Shown here piece by piece: positions 38,925 to 64,000 of a stretch of DNA of 64,000 bases. A program made the translations under genes and the position numbers. This DNA comes from Felis catus (Eukaryota): NCBI RefSeq assembly GCF_018350175.1, contig NC_058383.1, forward strand, positions 38,812,001 through 38,876,000, written 5' to 3'. The number at the start of each line of letters is the position of its first letter. The first letter of the stretch is position 1. The notes beneath the pieces were generated by a model that was given only the letters and a program-made list of their open reading frames with translations, did no database searches and had not been told where the DNA came from.

Positions 38925-40769
38925 TTAGAGGCTGAGGCGAGCCCGAATCCAGGGGCTGTAAGTGGCCACATTGGTGTAGACACCTGGACGGTTGGGCAGG
39001 GCGCAGCCCTTGCCCCAGCTCACCACACCCACCAGGACCCAGCGCCCAGACGTCACACAGGTCAGGGGTCCCCCAGAGTCACCCTGCAGGAGAAAGTCGG
39101 GCTTAGATCTCAGCCCTTTGAAGATCTGGGATGGCATTTCTGGGGGTTGGGGGCCAGGAGGTACAGCCCCTGGGTCTTGGGTCCTAGGAAGCTGGGACGG
39201 GAGCCGGGTTCCAGGGGCTCCAGGCAGCTTCCCGCACCTGGCAGGCATCTTTGTGGCCCTCGACGTAGCCGGCACACAGGTTCCCGGGCAGCACTATGTG
39301 CTCCGCTCTGGGCACGCTGGTGCCCACGTGGTAGAGGCGGTCACAGGTGCGCGTGTCCAGCAGCGGCACCCTTACTCCCTGCAGAGGTCGCCACTCTGGG
39401 AGTGGCACTGGGGGGAGGAAGGGGGACTATAGGAGCGGGGGAAGGAAGGGGGACTATAGGAGCGGGGAGAGGGCGAGGCACGAAGCAGGAGTGGTGGGAC
39501 CCGCCTGTCTGACCGGGAGGAGGTCTGGGTCCCTGGAGGTCTCGCTGGGTCCCGGATTGGGAGAGTGGGGGGCTCCCGGTCAGAGGGAGGTGGAGGAGGA
39601 TCCCCTGTCCCTCCCCCAACCCCCGCTGCCTCACCTCCGGGGTGGAGGCTGCCCCAGCCGGTGACCCAGCAGGGCGCTCGGAGCGGTGGGCGGGCCCCGG
39701 GCTCGGGCAGACAGACGGGCTGGATGCGGGCGCTCAGGGACACCGGGCGGCTCAGCTGCAGCAGCGCCAGGTCGCCGCGGCCGCCACCCTCCGAGTAGTC
39801 CGGGGGGAGCAGCACCCTGCGCACGGGCGCCGAGAGCGCGCGGGGCGAGGCGGAACCCAGGCGCAGCGCCCCGAGGCGCACGCGGTACTCCGACGGCAGC
39901 ACCCGCCTGCGGGACAGGGGCGGCGCTGCGGACGGCGGCCCCTCCCCGGTCCCCGCGGCACCCCGGGCCCCCGCATCCCCCGGAGCCGGCCTGGCGGCGC
40001 CCCCGCACCCCGCTGACCTCGGGAAGCAGTGCGCCGCCGTCAGCACCCACTGTGGGGCGATGAGCGAGCCCCCGCACACGTGCGCCCCGCGGTGCTGGAT
40101 GCTCGCCTGCCACGGCCACTGTCCGTCCCGAGCGTCCCGGCCCCCCACGATCCGACTGGACACCTGGGGCTGCCCGCAGGCTGCAGGGGACAAGGAGGGC
40201 GCGAGGGTGGGCGGAAGACGTGGGGGGGGGGGCGCTGGCAGGCGCGTGGGATCCTGCGATGGGAGAGGCGCAGGGCCAAGGTTAGGGAGGGGGTGGCGCC
40301 AGGGACCCGGAGGCTTCCTTACCTGCAGAGTCCGGTGTCCCAGGAGCTCCTGGGGGAGGAAGGAGGGAAGGGACCGGATTATGAATTTGGTGTCAGATAA
40401 CAGGGGGAGAGGGAGAGGGAGGGAGGTCAGAGACTAGGAAGGAGGGTGAAACACATTTGTGGCACCGACCTGGTGCCAGGCTTTTGTGCAATCAACAGGT
40501 TACCCGACTTAACCCTCCCCAGAGCACTGTGAGGTGGGGGGGACTTGTACCCCTTACGCAGATGGGCACATGTGAGCTCGGAGAGCCCAAGGTCAGTGAC
40601 GGAGAGAACCTGGACCTTTGAAGCCGAGATTAGGAACCCCAAAGTGCTCTAGGGGAACCAGGCCGGGGAGGGGTAACACGGGACACTGGGAACAGCCCCC
40701 AGCCCCTGCCCCACACCCACCTAGCAGCAACAGCAGCGGCAAAAGCTGGAGGCGGGAGGCCCCCCTCAT
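38925..40769 (-). CDS. PRSS33: Serine protease 33 (EOS), 279 aa, trypsin-like
   Basis: Exons 40721-40769 ([16 protein letters not shown]), 40323-40349, 40018-40180 ([13 protein letters not shown]...TAAHC), 39635-39906 (GDLALL), 39238-39407 ([18 protein letters not shown]...KDACQ), 38925-39083 (GDSGGP...RLSL*). Total 840 nt; catalytic triad and S1 Asp intact. Confidence 0.95.
39600..40300. promoter_or_regulatory. Intragenic CpG island over PRSS33 exons 3-4
   Basis: Extreme CpG density in both exons and the intervening intron. Confidence 0.7.
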
Positions 40770-43700
40770 TCTGTCTTCAGAGCTGGGCCAGGGAAGGGTG
40801 ACACCGCTCAGGGTCTGGACTCCGGGCGGTGCCTGCAGGGAGAGGAGGGTCCTAGCCCCAGGCCCCAGAGGCCCTCTGTGTTCCCTCAGCCCCTGGTTGG
40901 CCCTGGACGTATCCCAGGGGCACAGGTCCTGTGCACCTCCCTGTCCCCGCACCCCGGGGACCATGACTGTGCTCCAACCCCTCCAAGCTTTGGGCCCCCC
41001 CCCCGGCCTCCACAGGAGCCCTGGAGCCTGGCCCCTGCCCCCCGACCTATTTCCATGGCCTGCCGTCTGCCCCTGAACCTGCTCTTACCTGCATGGCCGG
41101 TGCCCTCCCTGCTGACTGGGCAGGGGCAGGACCTGGGGGCTTAAAGGGACTGGGGGTGTGTGGGCCTGGCCAGGGGGTGATTAAGGAGGCCAGGGCGGGG
41201 CTGCGGCTTCACCAGTCCCGCCTCGAACAAAGATGCTTTGAGCAGCGCTTGTGAGGTGGCAGGAAAGGGACACCTGGGTTTGTCAAAGGACGCCCGGCTC
41301 GGGCCGCGGTGCTGACAGCTTGCTGAGGGCCGGGCAAAGCCAGGGGCGGAGACCTGCGGTCAGGCCAGGAAGCTCTGGAGAATCCTTGCCCGCTCATCTG
41401 TGAACCTGATCCCAGCTCCCAGCTCCTTACAGTGCCGGTCACGGGAGCAGCTGACTCGACCGTTCTGTCCAGAAATCCGGGAGCGGCCCACGCGGAGCCC
41501 CAGCCAGACCCTGCCCTGCCCTCAAAGTGGGAAATGGCTGCCTCGGGGCTGGCCGGCACTCTTTCTTGCTTGACCAGAAGCAGAAGCCGACTTGACCTTG
41601 GGACACGGTCCACTCTTGGATTGGGTGTGGCCAGGACAGTGAGGCTGCTGGGAGAGCGAACCTCGGGGACACACAGCCATGTCTGGGGGCGGGCGCCAAA
41701 CTTGATGGGGGAGCTGTGGCCGAAAGGCTGGAAGCCTGTCCCGCAGGGGACCTGGCTCCCTGCCTGTTGGAAACTAGGGGCACGGGGTGGAGGGCACAGA
41801 TGACAACACTCATTCTGAGAAGCTGGCTCGTGCAGGGAGGGGCCAAAACTGGTTGAATAGCCAGTAGAACCCCTGGAAAGGGCCCCCAAACCCAACCCTT
41901 GTGTCAGACTGAGAAACTGAGGCACAGACCTCTGCTGGGCCCACGTCCCCTTCAGCCCTCACCCTTCAGTCCCATGGCAAAAATGGCCCCTGGGGAAACC
42001 CGGGGAGGGGACCTGACTCACAGCTGAGTCCACGCTACCTTCTCTGGCACAGACGTGCCCCCAGTCTCAGGAGAGGACGAACGACCCAGTCTGGGGCCAC
42101 TGTCCCGGTGACACGTGACCCGGACCCAACCAGAATCTCTCCCTGGGGCTTTTATCCTGGAAAGAGAGAGGACCCATTGGAGGCCTGAGGGTGGGGCAGC
42201 CATGGCCATGGTCACAGGCGAGGACTCTCAGCTGGCTTGAGCGCCTGGAACCTTCCACACTGAGAAAGAGTGCCCTGCGGTGTTGGAGCTCCTAGTCCGG
42301 GAGTCCCTGCCCTTCTCCCAACCACCTTTTCTGCCTCTGACATGACTTTCCTGCACTCATGCTAGTTCTAGGGGATTCTGTTGCTTACAAGGTCTCTAAA
42401 TGCCAAGGATGGAATCAAAAAACCACAACTCTATAAACAGCTCCTGATGGCCCAAGAGCACAGTCCATCAAGGGAGAAGAGAAGATACGTTTCACAGCCT
42501 GTTGCCCTGCGCGGGCGCGTCACGGTGGCAGTGCCCAGCCCACTGCCTGCAGCACAGGACTCGTGTGACAAATGTCCAGCCCTACCCTCTGTACCTGGTG
42601 GCAGGAGGAGGAGGTGGGGGGCGGGGGGCGGCCCCGGGGAGACCAGCCGGCGGCCGGCTCTTCAGGATCCGGTTCGCGTGCGTGCTGATGTCACAGCAGA
42701 TCCCAAGCCCTTTGGGGTGGCCGCAGCCAGAGTCCCCACGTCACGTTGATGTAACAACCAGAGGTTGTCCTTATCAGCCTGGGGAGAGGCAGAGGTGTAG
42801 GGGTGAGCCGGGCATGGGGAGGGGGCGGGCTGTGGCAACTGCGGGGATCCTTCCGAGCCTCTGGGGAGGTGGCTCCAAACGCGACCCTGTGGGCGACACG
42901 GCTCAGGCGGGGGCCAGTGGTCCTACGCAGCCGCTCACGCAGGCCCCGGGCCCCGGAAGCGGAAGGAGTCTACCTGCTGCTGGAGGGGCCATCCCGGCCC
43001 TGCCAGGGGGTCCCGCGGAGCGGTGCTGCAGGGCAGCCGGTGCGGGGCACAGAAGAGTGCCATCCTCCAGCGACATGTGGGACACCAAGGGTGGTGGGTG
43101 ATCCTCTTGGGGCCAGCTTGGAGGGCCTCGGAGCAGGGGACAGGAGGCGCCCTCAGGTTCCAGCTCCTCGGAGGGTGGGTTGTGGAAGCGGAAATGGACG
43201 GACGCTGTAGGAGACCCCACGGCATGCCCGGGAGACGGCTGGGGACTCGCCACCCAGGGATCTGCCGGCCCCTCCGTGTGGGGCCCGGCAGGTCCGTGGG
43301 CAGTGAGAGGCGGACAAAAACCCTGGTGAGGGGGGTGACTCAGTCCCGCCACCTCCCGGGGCCTCAGTTTCCTCATTGTGAAGAGGGAGAAGGGGAGTTC
43401 CAGCCTCAAGGGCCGCCACAGCGCATGAAGCCTGAACGTGTCGCCCTATAAACCTCGAGGCTGTCGGAGGCGGGGCAGAGGCGGTGAGAGCCACCCCTCC
43501 CACTCCTCTACTTGTCTCTCCACAACTGGGGGCAGGGGGTGGGGAGCCGAGGGGAGGAATGTGCCTCAGCAGTTCCAAGGTGCCCCGGAGGCTGCCCTGT
43601 TGGCCTGGGGCCTGGGCCAGGCCGAGGCTGCCCCCCTCCACCCGGCCTCACCAGGGGTGCTCGAGCTTGGAGAGAAGCCCACGCCCGGTGTCCTTGTCCT

Positions 43701-44250
43701 CCAGGGGGCGATGCTGAGCCGTGCTCCTGCGGCTTCTCCGCTCCAGCAGGACTCTGCCTCCGCTGCCCTCGGCGGGAACCCCCTCATTTGGGCAAACGCC
43801 ATCGGGTTGCTTCCCTCCCTGCCTCGGTTTCCCTCCTCCCCACTGGGGCCTCCCGGCGTCACCTCCCAAGTAAACTTCCCGCACCCCAGTCCTGGTCCCG
43901 GGTCGGCCTTTCGGGGACAGAGGTAGGACCGGGAGCGTCTGGCGTCTGGGTGGAGGGTCGCACCGGCATGAGCACCGGGGGGCTCGGGATGCTCCCCCCG
44001 CTGCACCCCGCTCCGGTCTTCCTGGCCCCCAGAGACCCGGGGGTGACTCACGTCCTCCCGCAAACTATCTTTCTGATTGAACCAACCAGAGAGGGCTCCG
44101 TGGTTCGTCACCCAAACCCGAATGGCGCAGACCGCTGGAGCGAGATTTAGGAGTCAAGGACTGGATCCCGGGGGGACCGTGAGGGTGTCCAGGGAGCCAC
44201 CCGGGGCCACAGAATGCTCTGCGAGGCATCGATTCCAACACGCTAAGGAG

Positions 44251-44256
44251 TTTATT
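44251..44256 (-). terminator. PRSS41-like polyadenylation signal AATAAA
   Basis: tttatt on the + strand, 70 nt past the stop. Confidence 0.8.
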
Positions 44257-44326
44257 AGAAAAGGGACAAGGTGGGGGACGGGGCCTGGCTCAGCAGAGGG
44301 CCCCAGCTCTCAGGACTCCGTTGGGC

Positions 44327-55130
<10,804 letters not shown>

Positions 55131-55639
55131 GGCCGCCTCTGCCGCCTCGCGGCGCCCCCTCTGCTTCCGCCCGCTCGGGGCGCCCCCGGGCGGGGGGTGG
55201 GGGCAGGGAACGCCCGCGACGCTGCCCCCCCCCACCCCCAGCGGGACCGGTCCGGGTCCGAGGGCTTCGAGCTGGGTACCCCAACCACACCGTGCCCCCA
55301 AACGGTTCTTGTCTGCAGCCCTGGGATCCCGGCTGCCCGGCTCGTTGCCCCCCTTCCTCCACCCAGCGCGTCTTCGGGGAAGGGCCAAGGCCGGTCCCCA
55401 CCAGGACCCCCGTGAGAGCAAGTCCTCACCCAGCGCCCGCTGGGGGCCTGGCGGTATTGGGCTGCTGCTAAAAGCCACGGTCCTTTCCAGGAGCCCGAGT
55501 GAAATGGCCTGATGTGGGCCACCTGGAGGCCTCCCAGCCTCCCTGCTGCTCCCAGCTGGCCCCACCCAGCCCCACAGAGCCTACAGACAGTCTGCCTCGT
55601 CCTTGGGCACTGGTGCAGGGCACCAAAGTCATCAAGTTG

Positions 55640-56220
55640 TCTCTTGAGTTATAGATGTGAGTGAACAACTGAACTGGGGCCCCCAGGACCGCCCTCAGAG
55701 TACTGATCCACTACAAGGACTCACAGGACCTAGAGAAGCTGTCATCCCCATGGTGATGGTTCACTGCAGTGGTACAAGGCGTGGAGGACAGAGTCTAGGA
55801 GAGACCAGGTGGAAGCTTCCAGCTTCCCCTTAGCAATGGAGTCAGATGGGCAGAGCTTAATTCTCCCAGCAATGATGCGTGACAACGGACGTGAAGGGGT
55901 GCCGGCCGGGGAAGCTCATGTGAGCCTGGGTGTCTGGAGTTTTTATCCTTGGGGTTCCGTGACAGAGGCAGGGTGGACAGCCCACGTGGCTAACCCTAGT
56001 CCTCAGACTAGGGCACCTCCTGTGGTCCAAGTGATGCAGTGTGGCCCGAGGCGGTCCCATCAACTGTGCTATTAGTATCAAGTATCTGGAGTGGCCCAAG
56101 GCTCCCGGTCTACAAAGACGCTCTTTCCAAGCAAGACTTTGCAGACTCAGAGGTGATTTCCTAGGACCTGGTCGAGGGTCGGTTCATCCTAGGCCTGTTC
56201 ACTTAACCTGTTGTCACTGC
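55640..56220 (-). mobile_element. MER21-type ERV LTR
   Basis: ggactcacaggac...agaagctgt...aattctcccagcaatgatgcgtgacaac...ggaagctca...gcctgggtgtc matches recalled MER21C (reverse-complement orientation). Confidence 0.7.
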
Positions 56221-56422
56221 ACGGCCACTAAGGATAAAGCAACATTGGAGGAAAACCCACACACGCACCAGAACGATCTGTTTGAATACAGGGACCGGCT
56301 TCGAGGAAAACGGAGGGAATAAATACACGGAGCAGCGGACAGCTTGGAGGACGCCAACTGGTATGCTTCGAAAGCTCTTGCGAGAGTGTTCACAAACACT
56401 AAACAAGAGTTAGGCAGGAAAA

Positions 56423-56630
56423 GGGGCGCCTGGGTGGCTCAGTCGGTTGAGCGTCTGACTTCAGCTCACGGTTCGTGGGTTCGAGCCCCGCGTCGGGCTC
56501 TGTGCTGACAGCTCGGAGCCTGGAGCCTGCTTCGGATTCTGTGTCTCCTTCTCTCTTTGCCCCTCCCCTGCTCGCGCTCTCTCTTTCTGTCTCTCTCAAA
56601 AATAAATAGAACATAAAAAAATGAATACAA
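56423..56630 (+). mobile_element. Can-SINE
   Basis: Canonical head, (CT)n, A-rich tail. Confidence 0.9.
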
Positions 56631-56865
56631 ACCAAGAAGTGTGTTAAGTAAAATAAAATCAAGGGTTGAGAAACGACAAAGAGAAGGCCAAGTTCTAGAC
56701 TCCCCGGCAGCAGACTGGTGTCCTGATGTTGGCACCAGACGTCCCAGGCATCTGTCCGGGACTGTGAACTGGCCTAGCTTATGTAAGTCCACGGGGAGAC
56801 CGAGTTCCCACCACGAGCTCGGCAGACACGAGGAATGGGACGAGCCGACGTAGAAGAGGAGGGAT

Positions 56866-57212
56866 GTGACATCATTTCTGAGTCAAATGCTTTGCTGGCT
56901 GACAAAATACCATAAAGTGGGCGGGTGGCTCATGAACAACGAATATTTTATTTCTCACAGTTCCTGGGCTGGAAGTTTGAGGTCAAGGTGTCTGGGAAGG
57001 GCCCCTTCCTGGTTCACAGCTGCTGCCATTGCCCTGTGTCCTCACGTGGCCTTATAAGGGCACTGATCCCACTCATGAGGGCTCCACCCTTCGGACCTAA
57101 TTGCTTTGCAAAGGTCCCACCTCTAAACACATCACCTGGGGCTTCAACATACGGATTCCGATATATGAACTTGGGGGGGGGGGGAGGGGACACAAACATT
57201 CCAACCCCAGCA
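56866..57212 (-). mobile_element. MaLR MLT1A-type solo LTR
   Basis: aaaataccata...tttatttctcacagtt...ggtcaagg...taagggcact...ggggacacaaacatt motifs. Confidence 0.8.
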
Positions 57213-59032
57213 CAAGGCTGTGTGTGTTTTACCTCCTCAGTCTCACACTCAGCAGTTGACCAGTGACCTGTGAACACTAAAACAGTTATTGAGTGGGTGT
57301 GGGTTTTAAGCAACACTCATTGTGACGATGATAAGTCCCCTTGTGACGTCCTTAAGTCAGCTTTACTCTGGCTCTTACATAATTCTGATAATCTAGGGGT
57401 TCTCAAACGGAATTTCTGGGACGAAACTAAAGAAAAAAAAAATCTCAAGCAGGCAGGATGTGCCTTGATCCTCGTAAGGCATCGGGGAGTCATATTAAGC
57501 TTCTTTTGCAAGCACAAAAAATCGATAATACTGTTAACAGAAGTGCTTTCCTATTGTACGAGTATTCTAGCACGTAAATTCCAATTTTTTAATATAAATA
57601 TATATATATATATATTTATTGTGACAAAATTGGTGACAAAATTGCCCACGAGATGAAAATGAACCCAAGACTTAAGAATGAAATACGGGGTGGCGGGGGG
57701 GTGGGGGCACCCGGGCGGCTCAGCTGGTTAAACGTCCAACTCTTGGTTTCCGCTCAGGTCATGATCTCACTCACTGTTCATGGGCTTGATAAACCCATAA
57801 ATAAACTTTGGGGGGGAAAGGAATGAAATACAGACATTTTTACATTGACACGTCACAAGCCCTGTGTCACAAGTGACACGTCACTGAAAAGACATGAGGC
57901 ATGAGCCCTTATGCCCCCAATAACAGAGCTTTGAAATACATCGAGCAAAAAAAAAAAAAAAATTTTTTTTTAAGTTCTTAATACTCCAGATACTAGGAAA
58001 TTCACATTTCTCCCCTCAGAAATCAAGAGATCAGGTAGGTGGGAAAGGCAGTAACGCCAAAGCGTTCACTGAACATGATTTTGACCTAAATCAGGTATTT
58101 GGGGCTGCTCAGAGCCCCACCATGGCCCCCCAGGGGGAATGAGCCCTCTGGAGAGGGAGGTGCGCGGAGGCCAGGTGGCGCGGGGGCCTCAGAAAGGACG
58201 GCTGCTTGTGGAGAGGAGAAAACTTAGCCACCAGGGAAAGTGTCCTGCGTCCCTCCCTGCCCGGCGCCCTAGGCTGGTCAGCTCTGCTTTCTCGGCCACA
58301 GCCACCCACGGGGCTTTACAGAGGCGAGGCGAGGGGAGCACAGCGGCCATCCAGGCGCTTGCTGTTTGCGGTCAGGGAGAGATACCAGGGGCGTCTCCTC
58401 GCTGCTCTGCCCCCGTGGATCACGGGCCCCTCTCACTCTGCAGGCATCTCGGCCCCACCTCGGGCCCTTCAGAGCCCCGGGGTGAACACGAAGGCCGAGG
58501 GGGCAGACCGGGTGTGACCTCGGGTCTGCGGTTCCTCTCCCCCCCGCCCTTCTCAGGGTACCAGACGCCCCAGCACAGAGCACAGAGGTATGTGGCTCTG
58601 TCACCTGTACGACCTCTGGTGAGTCATTACACCACGGGAGTCCCGCTTCCTCTGCCGCATAGGGGGATCATAATAGCGCCTGGCGAATCAGTCGGGAGGA
58701 ACGTGACACGGGTGACACAGGCCCGCACACGGGAAGTGTCCCGTAAATGGTGGCGTGGTTGGTGCCGCGAGGCCAGTGAGGCCAGGGCGGGGGAGGGAAG
58801 GTCCCGAGCGTCTGGCCGAAGACGTGGCGGAGGCCAAGGACACTGTGCCCAGGAGCAGTGCGGAGCCGAGCCCCAAGGGCAAGGCGCGGAGGAGTCAGCC
58901 ACACCCCAGGACAAGCCCAGAACCTGGGCTTGGCTGCGGCCATCTTCTCCCCCCCCCCCCCCCCCCCCCCCCCGAGTGTCTGAGGACTCTGACCCCAAGA
59001 GCCAGCCGCGGAAGTGGTGGCTGGGACATACC

Positions 59033-63747
<4,715 letters not shown>

Positions 63748-64000
63748 CCGGCCACCCACCCTCTGTCCTCAGGGACCCTCTCTGGCCTCTCTCCCTCAGG
63801 AAGCCACCCCCTACCCACATCTCCCCGACTTCAGACCCCGCGGACGGCGGCCCGACCCCACCTTTCGAGCATCCCCCATGGGCTTCGAGCTTCCCTTGCC
63901 CGCCCTGCCAGCCTGTGAGCCCCTGGGGACAGAGCCCGGTCTCCCCACCCCTCACCCACCAGTCACATCTGAGTCCCAGGGTGCACCCACGCCCAGGGGC

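Overview
This is mammalian genomic DNA from a felid, judged from the abundant SINEC_Fc-type Can-SINEs. It is syntenic with the human 16p13.3 / mouse chr17 SRRM2-ELOB-serine-protease interval. Five spliced protein-coding genes can be rebuilt from GT-AG junctions with consistent reading frame. SRRM2 is on + (exon 1 at about 10.4-10.6 kb, stop at 28060; the ATG-bearing exon 2 and exon 3 fall inside N-gaps). ELOB is on - (29147-33249) and PRSS33 on - (38925-40769). A testisin-family protease best matching PRSS41/TESSP1 is on - (44327-55130, with two micro-exons and an 8.1 kb L1/SINE-filled intron). An intact five-exon protease on + (59033-63747) best matches rodent Prss32 (tryptase-5) and is head-to-head with PRSS41. 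The rest is CpG-island promoters, Can-SINEs, old L1/L2/MIR, MaLR and ERV LTRs, and microsatellites. I found no tRNA, rRNA or CRISPR feature and no evidence of a wholly new biological system. The most interesting items are the intact Prss32-like gene, the rodent-like arrangement of the protease cassette, the PRSS41 micro-exons, a candidate ELOB alternative C-terminal exon, and signs of reference-guided or mis-assembled sequence. Orthology calls rest on my recollection of human and mouse proteins, not on searches.
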